Shown here piece after piece: positions 10,923 through 21,550 of a DNA stretch of 64,000 nucleotides. Within the stretch, counting starts at the first letter, position 1; each line of letters opens with the position of its first letter. Under the pieces are notes generated by a model. It was not told the DNA's origin. It searched no databases and saw only the letters and a list, made by a program, of their open reading frames with translations. The position numbers were made by a program, and so were the translations under genes. Origin of the DNA: an uncultured delta proteobacterium (GTDB lineage: Bacteria > Desulfobacterota > RBG-13-43-22); assembly GCA_963711835.1 (NCBI GenBank), contig CAVQFQ010000017.1, forward strand, positions 640,001 through 704,000. The letters are read 5' to 3'.

Positions 10923-11495
10923 GTGGATTTTAAATTCATAAAGCTCCTTTATCTATTCCAACAATACGGCTACCTGATTATCTTTACCGGGACCTTTTTT
11001 GAAGGGGAAACCACCCTGGTTCTCGGGGGTCTCTTGTCCCATCAGGGTTTTTTAAATTTTTGGCTGGTAGTGGGTACGGCCTGCTTTGCCTCGTACTTGG
11101 GCCATGTGGTCTTCTATTTCCTGGGTAAAACCTCCTCGGCCTGGATCCTGGTCAAGTTTCCCAAACTGCAGGTCAAAATTTATCAGGCCGAATATATCAT
11201 CCGCCGTTATGAAACCCTGAGTCTGTTTATCACCCAGTATATCTTTGGAATACGCCTGGCCAGCGCCCTGGCTTTTGGTATTCTCGGGATGAGGATGACC
11301 AAGTTCCTGTCGCTCCAATTGATCAGTTGCCTGGTTTGGGCCCTCTTTTTTGGGGCCCTCGGGTATACCGTAGGGGAGTCCTGCCCGGATATCGTTCGAC
11401 ATATCGAGCTGGTGATTTTAATCATCCTGATCTCGGGTTTTGTTCTGGCCCTTTTTGGACGGAGGTTGATCGACTACTGGTTCCGCTCCCGTTAG
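10923..11495 (+). CDS. DedA family membrane protein
   Basis: YGYLIIF.GTFFEGE motif; hydrophobic helices. Confidence 0.88.
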   Translation: MDFKFIKLLYLFQQYGYLIIFTGTFFEGETTLVLGGLLSHQGFLNFWLVVGTACFASYLGHVVFYFLGKTSSAWILVKFPKLQVKIYQAEYIIRRYETLSLFITQYIFGIRLASALAFGILGMRMTKFLSLQLISCLVWALFFGALGYTVGESCPDIVRHIELVILIILISGFVLALFGRRLIDYWFRSR

Positions 11496-11577
11496 AAAGC
11501 CTCCCTGGTTTTTCCGGCCGGCCTGTGATATTATTAACCGTATTGGAAATAAATTATTCGAAGTAAGGAATGACGCC

Positions 11578-13422
11578 ATGGCCTTAGAAAAAAAGACCCA
11601 CTTCTCCATCTGGTATTTCCTCGGCGCCATGATCATATTGATGGCTTTTCAAAGTTACTTCCTCAGCGAGCAGGTCGGCCAAATCCCCTATAACGAGTTT
11701 AAGAAACTGGTCAAGGCCAATAAGTTATCAGATATCACCCTGCATGAGGATATCATCTCCGGAAAGGTCAAGGTAGACGATATCGAGGGGCTGGTTTCCG
11801 CGGAAACCATCAAACAGTTGGGAAAGGATAAAGGGGAAAGGACCTTTATTACCGCTCGGGTTCAAGATCCTGATCTGGTCAAGGATCTGGAAGCAGGCGG
11901 GGTCAAATTTACCGGAAAATTTGAAAACAAGGTTGTTAAGTTTTTTACCAACTGGATCCTGCCCATGCTCTTTTTCATCCTGGTTTGGGGTTTCCTGATG
12001 CGCCGGATGGGAGGCGCCAGCGGCGGGCTGATGTCCATCGGCAAAAGCAAAGCCAAGGTTTACATGGAAAAGGACATCTCCATTAAATTTGACGACGTGG
12101 CCGGTATTGACGAGGCCAAAGAAGAATTACAAGAGGTCATTGAATTCTTGCGAAACCCCCAGAAGTTTCAACGCCTGGGGGGAAAAATTCCCAAAGGCGT
12201 CCTCCTGGTGGGCGCTCCCGGAACCGGCAAGACCCTGCTGGCCAAGGCCGTGGCCGGGGAAGCGGCCGTTCCCTTTTTCAGTATGAGCGGTTCTGATTTC
12301 GTAGAAATGTTTGTGGGGGTCGGTGCGGCCCGGGTTCGGGATCTCTTCACCCAGGCCCAGCAGAAGGCCCCCTGCATCATTTTTATCGATGAGCTGGATG
12401 CCCTGGGCAAGGCCCGGGGCATCAACCCGATGGGGGGACACGATGAACGGGAACAGACCCTTAACCAGCTCCTGGTCGAAATGGACGGCTTCAATACCGA
12501 CAAGGGAGTCATCATCATGGCGGCCACCAATCGTCCCGAGATACTCGATCCGGCCTTGCTCCGCCCCGGCCGCTTTGATCGCCACGTTATGATCGACAAG
12601 CCCGACGTCAAAGGCCGGGAGGAAATCCTCCGGGTCCATACCAAAGGGGTTATCCTAGCCCCCGCTGTGGAGTTGAAAGTCATTGCCGCCCGCACCCCCG
12701 GTTTTGCAGGAGCCGATCTGGCCAATATCGTCAATGAAGCGGCCCTGCTGGCGGCCCGGAAGGACAAAAAGGCAGTGGAGATGCAGGATTTTGAGGAGGC
12801 TATTGATCGGGTGGTGGCCGGGCTTGAAAAGAAGAACCGGCGGATGAATGAGAAGGAAAAAGAGATCGTGGCCTATCACGAAGCAGGACATGCCATTGTG
12901 GCCGAGGTACTTCCGAATGCCGACCCGGTCCATAAGGTTTCCATCATCCCCCGGGGGATCGGCGCCCTGGGCTATACCCAGCAGCTTCCCACGGAGGATC
13001 GCTACCTGATGACCAAACAGGAGTTGTTGGATCGGATGAGCGTCCTTCTGGGGGGGAGAATCGCCGAAGCCCTTGTTTTTCAGGAAGTCTCCACCGGCGC
13101 CCAGAATGATCTCCTGCGCTCGACCGATATTGCCGAACGCATGGTTCGGGAGTACGGGATGAGTGATCTGGGTCTGGTCACCTTCGAAAGGGAACGGCGC
13201 CCCCTGTTTCTGGAAACCGGCTTGGGTTATGATACCGGACGAGCCGTCAGCCAGGAAACCTCCCGGGCCATTGATCAGGAGGTAAAAAAGATCGTGGAAC
13301 AGGCCCAGGAACGAGCCACCCAGATCCTAACAACCCACCGGGACCAACTGCAGATCCTGGCCCAGCGCCTTCTTGAAAAAGAGGTAGTGGAAGGCGATGA
13401 ACTGAGAGAGCTCCTTAAGTAA
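11578..13422 (+). CDS. ftsH: ATP-dependent zinc metalloprotease FtsH
   Basis: Two TM helices, [30 protein letters not shown]. Confidence 0.97.
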   Translation: MALEKKTHFSIWYFLGAMIILMAFQSYFLSEQVGQIPYNEFKKLVKANKLSDITLHEDIISGKVKVDDIEGLVSAETIKQLGKDKGERTFITARVQDPDLVKDLEAGGVKFTGKFENKVVKFFTNWILPMLFFILVWGFLMRRMGGASGGLMSIGKSKAKVYMEKDISIKFDDVAGIDEAKEELQEVIEFLRNPQKFQRLGGKIPKGVLLVGAPGTGKTLLAKAVAGEAAVPFFSMSGSDFVEMFVGVGAARVRDLFTQAQQKAPCIIFIDELDALGKARGINPMGGHDEREQTLNQLLVEMDGFNTDKGVIIMAATNRPEILDPALLRPGRFDRHVMIDKPDVKGREEILRVHTKGVILAPAVELKVIAARTPGFAGADLANIVNEAALLAARKDKKAVEMQDFEEAIDRVVAGLEKKNRRMNEKEKEIVAYHEAGHAIVAEVLPNADPVHKVSIIPRGIGALGYTQQLPTEDRYLMTKQELLDRMSVLLGGRIAEALVFQEVSTGAQNDLLRSTDIAERMVREYGMSDLGLVTFERERRPLFLETGLGYDTGRAVSQETSRAIDQEVKKIVEQAQERATQILTTHRDQLQILAQRLLEKEVVEGDELRELLK

Positions 13423-13448
13423 AGCACCCCGGCGGGCACCCTCTAACC

Positions 13449-14540
13449 ATGAAGCTCTCAAAAGATCACCCTCTTTATGCACTTTGGACCCAGTACAAAT
13501 TTGTGCCCCTGTACTGGAAGATCCTGCCGATCTTCCTTTTGCTGGCGGGCCTCTTTGTCGCCGATCAAGGCTGGCTCCCCTGGCCTCTCCCCTCGGACAT
13601 CCTCCACCGACTCTATTTCCTCCCCATTATCCTGAGTGGCCTTCTTTTCGGCTTTCAAGGCGGGTTGACTTCGGCCGTGATTGTCACCCTCCTGTTTGTC
13701 CCTCACTGGATAGGGCTGTTTAGTGCGGCCCCCAGCCATCGCGGCTTTTTTGAAGAGATCATTCTTTTCTATGCCTTTGGTATCCTGATTGGCCTGCTGG
13801 TGGATCGGGAGCGCATGGAAAGCCGGCTCAGGCAGGACCAGGAACATCTGGCCATCATCGGGGAGGCCGCCGCCACCGTGGCCCACGAATTAAAAAACCC
13901 GGTAATTACCATAGGGGCTTACATCCGGAAGATGCAGCAAAAGATCCGTTTTGATGATCCGAACCGGGAACGCCTGGAAGTCATCTATCAGGAGTGCCGG
14001 CGCCTCGAGCTTCTGCTCAGGGACATGATGCATTTTTCACGGCCCATCAATCTTCATTTTATCCCCCTGGATGTAAATCACCTGGTCAAAGAAGTGATTG
14101 ATGTTATCCAGCCCCAGGCGGAAACGAATCAGATCCTCCTGAGTTCCAACCTGGATGGAAATCTTCCTCCGGTTTTGGCCGACCAGTCCCGCTTGACCCA
14201 GGTATTGCACAACCTTATTTTAAACGCCATCCAGGCCTCGCCGCCCGAACAAATGGTCCTGGTGCAAACTTCAAAGCAAAGGAGTCAGGTGCTGATCGAG
14301 GTTACGGATGAAGGGTGCGGCATCCAGCCCGATTTCCAGGAAAAGGTTTTCGCTCCTTTTTTCTCCACCAAGCGCGAGGGTACGGGAATGGGGCTGGCCG
14401 TCTCCAAGAGAATTGTAGAATTGCATCAGGGAAAACTGGTCTTCCGGCCCAATCAACCCATCGGGACGACCTTCCTGGTTTATCTGCCGATCGGCAAAAA
14501 GACCGCTGCACCTTCCCCAACGAAAGAAAAGGAAAGTTGA
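13449..14540 (+). CDS. Membrane sensor histidine kinase
   Basis: TM sensor region, AHELKNP H-box, N-box, GTGMGL. Confidence 0.92.
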   Translation: MKLSKDHPLYALWTQYKFVPLYWKILPIFLLLAGLFVADQGWLPWPLPSDILHRLYFLPIILSGLLFGFQGGLTSAVIVTLLFVPHWIGLFSAAPSHRGFFEEIILFYAFGILIGLLVDRERMESRLRQDQEHLAIIGEAAATVAHELKNPVITIGAYIRKMQQKIRFDDPNRERLEVIYQECRRLELLLRDMMHFSRPINLHFIPLDVNHLVKEVIDVIQPQAETNQILLSSNLDGNLPPVLADQSRLTQVLHNLILNAIQASPPEQMVLVQTSKQRSQVLIEVTDEGCGIQPDFQEKVFAPFFSTKREGTGMGLAVSKRIVELHQGKLVFRPNQPIGTTFLVYLPIGKKTAAPSPTKEKES

Positions 14541-15746
14541 TGAAACGAATAGTGATAGTCATTGGCGTGATTATTTTATTAGGCGGAGTGGCCGCCGGGG
14601 GCTATTGGTACATAGGCAGCCGGAACCCGAAGGTTCAGTATAAGACGGAACCGGTACAGCGGGGGGCGATTACCGCCCAGGTGATTGCCACCGGGACCGT
14701 CAATCCGGTGACCCTGGTCCAGGTCGGGAGCCAGGTTTCGGGGACTATTATAAAGCTGACGGCCGATTTTAACTCTCTGGTGCGCCAGGGACAGCCGATC
14801 GCCCGGATCGACCCGGCCCTTTTCCAGGCCAAGGTGGATCAGACCGAAGCCGATCTGAAAGAATGCCCGGACCGGTCTGGAGCGGGAGAAGACCAGCTTG
14901 CAGGACAACCTGCGCACCTTGAACCGCTATCGGAGCCTTTATCAGGACCAACTGGTTTCCCAGTTTGATCTGGATCAGGCCCAGACCAAATATGAGTTAT
15001 CCCAGGCGGCCGTGAAGGCCGCCCAGGCCCAGATTGAGACCGCCCAGGCCAACCTGGCTTCGGCCCGGACCAATTTAAATTACGCCACCATCCGCTCCCC
15101 GGTCACCGGCATTGTGGTGGCCCGGAACGTGGACGTGGGCCAGACCGTGGCCGCCAGCCTGCAGGCCCCGACCCTGTTTGTCATAGCCCAGGACCTGAAG
15201 GATATGGAAGTGCACACCAATCTGGATGAAGCCGATATCGGGCGGGTGAAAACAGGGCAGGAGGCCTCTTTTACCGTGGACGCCTTCCCGGCAGAACCCT
15301 TTAAGGCCCAGGTGGTCCAGATCCGGAATGCCGCCACCACCCTCCAGAATGTAGTCACCTATGATGTGGTTTTGCGGGTCAAGAACCCGGAACTGAAGCT
15401 GAAACCGGGCATGACGGCCAATGTGGCCATCATTATCGAAGAGAAGGAAGACGTGCTGAAGGTCTCCAATGCCGCCCTGCGTTTCAAGCCGGCCCGCCGG
15501 GAGACCGGGGCGGCCGAGCCCAAGAAACAGAAGAAGGGTCCCCTGGTCTGGATGGTAGGTCCGGAGAACAAACCGGTCCCGATTTCGGTAAGGCCGGGCC
15601 TGACCGACGGGCAATTCACCGAGATCCTCGGCAGCCGGTTGAAGGAAGGCGATCTGGTCATCAGTGAACTCCGGCAAAAGAAAGAGGATAAAAACAAAAA
15701 TTCTCAAGGCCAATCGTCGGGAGCCTCGAGGGGCATGCGTTTTTAA
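14540..15746 (+). CDS. MacA-like efflux periplasmic adaptor (frameshift near 14859)
   Basis: VQVGSQVSG..ADFNS in one frame, IRSPVTG..GQTVAASLQAPTLF in another; removing one A in CTGAAAGAAT joins them. Confidence 0.88.
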
Positions 15747-15774
15747 GGGCCGGGAAGAGGTGGAAGAAAAACCG

Positions 15775-16518
15775 ATGGCCCCTTTAATCGAAGTTAGAGA
15801 TCTGACCAAGATTTATCAGGTCGGTGATATTGAGATCCCGGCCTTAAGCCAGGTGACTCTTTCCATTGCGGCCGGGGAGTTTGTGTCGATCATGGGCTCC
15901 TCCGGATCCGGGAAATCGACCTTTATGAACATCCTGGGCTGTCTGGATGTACCCAGCGGGGGTTCCTATTACTTAGACGGGATCGAGATCGGGTCTTTGA
16001 GCCAGGATCAATTGGCCCATCTCCGGAATCGGAAGATCGGCTTTGTCTTCCAGGGTTTCAATCTTCTGTCCCGGACCTCGGCCCTGGAGAATGTGGAGCT
16101 TCCCTTGATCTACGGCGCCCTGCCTTTTCGGGAACGCCACCAGAGGGCCCGGGAAGCCCTGGCCTCGGTGGGTCTGGCCGGGCGTGAGGAGCATCATTCC
16201 AACCAGCTCTCCGGAGGGCAGCAGCAGCGGGTGGCTATTGCCCGGGCCCTGGTCAACAAGCCCTCGATTATCCTGGCCGACGAACCCACCGGGAATCTGG
16301 ACACGAAAACCAGCCTGGAGATCATGCAGCTCCTGACCCAGCTCAATGAAGAACAGCAGATGACCATCATCCTGGTGACCCATGAAGCGGATATCTCCCG
16401 TTTTACCCGGAGGGTCATCTTATTTAAGGACGGCCAGGTTATCCAAGACGGCCTTTCGGAACCAGCCCGGATCAGCGAACCCGCCTGCCTTTCGCAGATG
16501 GAGGAAGGGCCGAGATGA
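15775..16518 (+). CDS. ABC transporter ATP-binding protein (MacB/LolD-like)
   Basis: [26 protein letters not shown]. Confidence 0.95.
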   Translation: MAPLIEVRDLTKIYQVGDIEIPALSQVTLSIAAGEFVSIMGSSGSGKSTFMNILGCLDVPSGGSYYLDGIEIGSLSQDQLAHLRNRKIGFVFQGFNLLSRTSALENVELPLIYGALPFRERHQRAREALASVGLAGREEHHSNQLSGGQQQRVAIARALVNKPSIILADEPTGNLDTKTSLEIMQLLTQLNEEQQMTIILVTHEADISRFTRRVILFKDGQVIQDGLSEPARISEPACLSQMEEGPR

Positions 16519-17741
16519 GACCTCTTTCCAGTTTAAAGGTTGCCTTAAGGGCCTTACGAATCAACAAGATGCGCTCTTTCCTGACCATGCTGGGGATCAT
16601 TATCGGGGTCGGGGCGGTGATCGTCATGGTGGCCATCGGTTCGGGGGCCCGGGAGATGATCTCCCAGCAGATTGCCAGCATGGGCTCCAACCTGATCATG
16701 GTGGTTCCGGGGGCCACCACGGCCGGGGGTGCCCGGATGGGCCTGGGCAGTGTTTCCACCTTGACCTCGGACGACGCCAAGGCCATCAAGGATGAATGTC
16801 CGGCGGTGAAGGAGGTGGCCCCCACCTGGGGAGGAGTGACCCAGGTGGTCTACGGAAATCAGAATTGGAATACCAGCGTCACCGGCACCACCCCCTCATT
16901 CTTTGACATCCGGGATTGGCCCCTGGGCTCGGGCCGCAATTTTATTGAGCCGGAGATCAGCGGAGCGGTTAAGGTGGCCGTCCTGGGCCAATCGGTGGTG
17001 GACAACTTGTTCGGTACGGAAAATCCCCTGGGCCAGATCATCCGCATCAAGAAGGTGCCCTTCAGCGTGGTCGGGGTGCTGGCTAAGAAAGGGCCTTCGC
17101 CCCGGGGCGATGATCAGGATGATGTGGTCTACATCCCCCTGACTACTTCCCAAAAAAAGGTCTTCGGCAGCAGCCTGCCGAAAACGGTCCGGATTATCCT
17201 GGTCCAGGCCCAGGCCTTAGAACTCATGGCCGAGGCCGAAAGCCAGGTCAACGATTTGCTGAAGCAACGGCATCGGACCCAAGGGGGGCAATTGCCGGAT
17301 TTTACGGTTCGGAATTTGACCGAGCTCATGGCCGCGGCCGAAGAGTCGGCCCGGATCATGTCCCTGCTGCTGGGCTCCATCGCCCTGGTCTCCCTGCTGG
17401 TGGGCGGGATCGGCATCATGAATATCATGCTGGTCTCGGTTACGGAACGGACCCGGGAGATCGGCATCCGCATGGCCGTGGGGGCCCGGGGGACCGATAT
17501 CCTTTTTCAGTTTCTGACCGAATCGATAGTCCTGAGCATGGTGGGCGGGCTGATCGGAGTGGTCCTGGGGGTTATCGGAGCCAAAGTGATGGCCTCCTTC
17601 TCCGGCTGGAATGTCCTGATCTCGTACGGGGCCCTGCTGCTGTCCTTTTCCTTCGCCGCCGCCGTGGGCATCTTCTTCGGCTTCTATCCGGCCCATAAGG
17701 CCTCCCGCCTTAACCCCATCGATGCCCTGCATTATGAATAA
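16515..17741 (+). CDS. ABC transporter permease (MacB/FtsX family)
   Basis: RSFLTMLGIIIGV, GGIGIMNIMLVSVTERTREIG. Confidence 0.95.
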   Translation: MRPLSSLKVALRALRINKMRSFLTMLGIIIGVGAVIVMVAIGSGAREMISQQIASMGSNLIMVVPGATTAGGARMGLGSVSTLTSDDAKAIKDECPAVKEVAPTWGGVTQVVYGNQNWNTSVTGTTPSFFDIRDWPLGSGRNFIEPEISGAVKVAVLGQSVVDNLFGTENPLGQIIRIKKVPFSVVGVLAKKGPSPRGDDQDDVVYIPLTTSQKKVFGSSLPKTVRIILVQAQALELMAEAESQVNDLLKQRHRTQGGQLPDFTVRNLTELMAAAEESARIMSLLLGSIALVSLLVGGIGIMNIMLVSVTERTREIGIRMAVGARGTDILFQFLTESIVLSMVGGLIGVVLGVIGAKVMASFSGWNVLISYGALLLSFSFAAAVGIFFGFYPAHKASRLNPIDALHYE

Positions 17742-17834
17742 ACCTCATTTGCGCTAAGAAAGCCAAGGGGACAAACGAGAATTTATAACCCGGCCTCCTT
17801 TGCGCCATTGCGCTGAATCTATTTTTGGTTCAGA

Positions 17835-18002
17835 TCAGCCGCGCTTCCGGATATATTCCGACAGGTAACTCATGCCCACAAAAAAGACGGCCAAGCCGAT
17901 AATCCAGGAGTAAGAGGTTCGTTGAAAAAATAGGCGACTCATAATAATGGCCAAGCCCAGACTTAAAGCGGCCCGGATCAAAAATTTTATCGCAGGGGAC
18001 AT
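17835..18002 (-). CDS. Small two-helix membrane protein (55 aa), below ORF-track cutoff
   Basis: AGGAG RBS; MSPAIKFLIRAALSLGLAIIMSRLFFQRTSYSWIIGLAVFFVGMSYLSEYIRKRG. Confidence 0.7.
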   Translation of the reverse strand: MSPAIKFLIRAALSLGLAIIMSRLFFQRTSYSWIIGLAVFFVGMSYLSEYIRKRG

Positions 18003-18082
18003 GGGTTAACTCCTTCTATCCGTAACAGAACAGATTCTTGAAAAATACCTTCCGAGAATTTACCTCTAACTTTCCAATATCA

Positions 18083-18265
18083 GGTGTTGGGGGTCTTATT
18101 TTTTTCACGTTGTCCAAAGGGTGACTAAGAGCCCCGAATAGATAAATTCATTTGAGAGCAGGGCCTTCACCCCAGCCTATTCCCAGGTTGGGTGTAGGCC
18201 TGTCCCGCCTGGCGGGACTTATGGCTTGGTGGTGGACAACTCAAAAAAATAAGACCCCCAACACC
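18083..18265. repeat. Long-hairpin repeat family, divergent copy 3
   Basis: Arms GGTGTTGGGGGTCTTATTTTTTT..GTTGTCCA / TGGACAAC..AAAAAAATAAGACCCCCAACACC; shared GGGCCTTCACCC..GGTGTAGGCCTG core. Confidence 0.85.
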
Positions 18266-18291
18266 ATTTATTCAAGACTTGGGAAAAAAAT

Positions 18292-19494
18292 TCAAATCTC
18301 TTTGGTCAGTTTCTTCCGCAGCCAGTCCAGGGCCATGACCGCCACCCGATCGGGCAGGGTATCGGAGAAGCCGCCAATTTTATGAGAATAGCTTTCTTCC
18401 TTTGTTCCGGTCAGGCCCAGGTAAAGCACCTGACGGCCTTCCACTTCTTCCACCAAAACAGCCAATCCCCAGTCGCTTCCGAGAAAAGAGAGGATCTCCC
18501 GGGCCTGATTTAAGGCCTTTTCCTCCCCTGACAACCGGGAGGAATCAAGAGGCCGGTCTCCTTCCTGAGGAATCACCCAGCCTCCTTTAAAAAAACGGGT
18601 CCGCCTGTTCTGAAGGCGCTGGCTGATCCGGCCGGCCGTGAAGGTTTCCACTAATCCCAGATGGATCCCTTTTTGTTCCAACAGTCCGGCTACCACCCCT
18701 TCCAGGGTTTCTTCTCCCTCTCCGAAGATCAATGAACCCAAACGCTGCCGGATCTGTGCTTCCATCCCGGCAATCAGAGACGATGTTTCCTGGGGGTCCT
18801 TCCCCTGGGCCGTCAAGGAGATCCGGATTTCTCCCGGGGATGACAACAGCCCGATAGCCGGGTTTTGGCTGCTCCGAATCAGATCCCCGATCTGCTCATC
18901 GACCCGGCTTTCGCCCAGGCCGCAGAGTTTTAATACCTTGGTTTCAATCAGACCCCTCTTCCGGCCCAGGGCCTTGATCAAAAAGGGTTGAACCGTGTCC
19001 ACAAACATGCGTTTCAATTCCCGGGGGACTCCGGGCAGGGCGGCCATGATAGGCCCCGGTTCGGTTTTCAAAATAAAGCCGGGGGCCGTTCCCTGAAGGT
19101 TGGGAATCGTTCGCGCACCGGCCGGAATGAGGGCCTGTTTCCGATTATTGGGGGCCATCATAAAACCGGCCTGGTCGAAAAAGCTTTTGATGAGGGCAAA
19201 CAATCTGGGGTGAAAGATCAGTTTTTTCCCGGTTACCTCGGAAATCACCTCCCGCGTCAAATCGTCTTCGGTGGGACCGATGCCTCCGCTGGTGATAATA
19301 ATGCCCGAGCGTTTCAGGGCTTGGCGGAAAACGGAGCGCATGCGCTTTCGATCGTCTCCGACCATGGTTTGGAAGATGACCTCGATTCCGATTTCATTCA
19401 ATTTGGAAGCCAAATAGGAGGTGTTGGTATCCACGATCCGGCCCAGCAATAGTTCCGACCCGATGGCGATGATTTCTGCCTGGTTCTCTTTCAT
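18292..19494 (-). CDS. cinA: CinA family competence/damage-inducible protein
   Basis: AEIIAIGSELLLG..DTN, GGIGPTEDDLT, LPGVPRE. Confidence 0.9.
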   Translation of the reverse strand: MKENQAEIIAIGSELLLGRIVDTNTSYLASKLNEIGIEVIFQTMVGDDRKRMRSVFRQALKRSGIIITSGGIGPTEDDLTREVISEVTGKKLIFHPRLFALIKSFFDQAGFMMAPNNRKQALIPAGARTIPNLQGTAPGFILKTEPGPIMAALPGVPRELKRMFVDTVQPFLIKALGRKRGLIETKVLKLCGLGESRVDEQIGDLIRSSQNPAIGLLSSPGEIRISLTAQGKDPQETSSLIAGMEAQIRQRLGSLIFGEGEETLEGVVAGLLEQKGIHLGLVETFTAGRISQRLQNRRTRFFKGGWVIPQEGDRPLDSSRLSGEEKALNQAREILSFLGSDWGLAVLVEEVEGRQVLYLGLTGTKEESYSHKIGGFSDTLPDRVAVMALDWLRKKLTKEI

Positions 19495-19658
19495 TCTTTT
19501 CTTTCCCTTCCGGTCATTTTCTAACAAACCAAACCGCCATCCTCCAAGATGGGAGAGAGTTTCTCATAAAAACATTTCCCCAACTGAAAAAGCCCGGACT
19601 ATGAACCCCTGGCCCGGGCTTTTCCTTGTTAATCGCTCTTTAAATTGATGACCAACCC

Positions 19659-21435
19659 CTAACCCTCTTTCTTGGGCCGGTCCAAGCCCTTGACGACCTG
19701 GGAGCGGATCAAGCGGGGCAGCATCAAGTGGTGATGAGGACAGATGGATTTGGGATTCTGATAAACGCTGTTGGTAAAAGCCACCAGATACCTACGCAGT
19801 TCTTCGTAGCGCACCACCTCATCCACAAAGCCCCGCTTGGCGCAGTAAATCGGTCGGGACTGGTCATAATACTGCTGAGCCAGGGCATTCATCTTGTCGA
19901 TCACCGGCTGCAAAGGGTTTCCGGAATCTTTCTCTTTCACCAGTCTGCGGGAGAAAGAAGCCGCCGCAGCCGTCTCCCCGTGCATGACATAGATCTCGGT
20001 CGTGGCCGTGCCCAGAGTAAAGGCATTATGGTTGTTGGCCGTGGGGCCCCCCATGACGTAATGGGCTGCAGCCGTACCTTTTCGCAAGACCACCAGCATC
20101 ATGGGCACATCCGTTTGCTCGATGGAGTAGATCAGGGACTGCCCCAGACCGAGCAGTTCCGCTTTCTCGGCAATATCGCCCACATCAATCCCGGAGGTAT
20201 CCTGAAACCAGATGATCGGCACCCGGTCGCGCCCGCACTGGGTGACGAATTCGTTCATTTTGATCAGGCCCTGGCGATAAAGCTTGCCGCCGATCCCGAT
20301 ATATTCGTTGGTATATTCCGGATAATTGGCCCCCAAAAATCCCTGACGGTTGCCGATGACCCCCATCAGGAATCCGTCCACCTTGACCAGGCCGGTATAG
20401 ACCTCGGGCCCATAACCAGGCCGAAACTCCAGGTGCTCGCTGCTATCCACCAGGCGGGCCAGGAAATTGTCGAAGTCGTAAACGGCCTTCTGGTTGAAGG
20501 CCATGATGGAAGGCAGATCGGCCAGGGGATATTTGGGCTCCGCCGGATGGGACACCCGAAAAAAGCGGGGATGGTAAGCCGGCATCTCGGCCATATATTC
20601 CTTTAGGGCCTCCAGGACCTGGGTCTCTTCTTCAAACACAGCCCGGAAAAATCCCGTGGAATCATAATGAATTTTGACGCTTCCCGGAGGGACCTGCTTA
20701 AAGTGGCGCGTGGCCTCAATGATCTGCTCGGCCCCGGCTTCGTCAAAAAAACCTTTGGGGCTCATGCCGCTGACGATCCCCCCTCCGCCCACGGCGATGT
20801 TGCAGTTTTTGTGAGCCAAAAGGATGGTCGGGCTGATGCCCTGATAACCTCCGCCGGCCGGATTGGTTCCATAGATGCCGGCCAAAACCGGGATGCCTAA
20901 TTTCTCCAATTCGGCATGACGGAAAAAGGTGGTGCCGTTGCCCCGGCGGTCGGCATAGACTTCCTGCTGCTCGGTCAGTTTGACGCCGGAACAATTGACC
21001 AGCCAGACCAGAGGTACATGAAGCCGCTTGGCCAGGTCCGTCACCCGGAGTTGATTCTCCGACTGGCCGGCGATCCAGGCCCCGGCTATGACCTTGTTGT
21101 CAAATCCGATCAGGACGCACCACTTGCCGCTGATCCTGGCCAGTCCGTCAATGACACCGGTAGTGCCCTCTTCATTATCCCTGGGGTTGTATAAGGTATG
21201 CAGGGGACAAAAAGTGCCCGGGATCCACCAGATACTCGATTCGATCCCAAATGGTCATCTCGCCCCGTTGGCGAATTTTATCAGCCGGCAGTCCGGCCTT
21301 TTTGACACGCTCCACCTCGGCCTCGACTTCCTTCATAACCGCTTCGATCTGGGCCCGGTTTTCGGCCATCTTTTCCATTTGGGCCGGTTTGAGCGGTTTA
21401 CCCAGATCATCCATCTTTTCAAAATAAGATCGCAT
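19659..21435 (-). CDS. gcdA: Glutaconyl-CoA decarboxylase alpha subunit (carboxyltransferase), frameshift near 21220
   Basis: MRSYFEKM start; NCSGVKL, GTNPAGGGY, WFQDTSGIDVG, RKGTAAAHYVMGGP; one extra G in GATCCCGGGCAC splits the frame. Confidence 0.88.
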
Positions 21436-21457
21436 GCCTTCTCCTTCCTGAATTATG

Positions 21458-21544
21458 AGCTCATAGCTCAAAGCTGTTAGCTGATAGTAAAATAAATTCT
21501 CATTTCGCTGTTTGCTATAGGCGTTGCGCTATCAGCTATCAGCT
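21458..21544. repeat. Inverted pair of degenerate heptamer tandem repeats (AGCTGAT-type)
   Basis: AGCTCAT AGCTCAA AGCTGTT AGCTGAT ... GCTATCA GCTATCA GCT. Confidence 0.75.
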
Positions 21545-21550
21545 TCTGGG

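Noticed and set aside
17749-17817. Possible degenerate CGCAAAG/CTTTGCG-type inverted repeat after the ABC permease
   Set aside because: Too eroded to distinguish from a weak terminator or chance.
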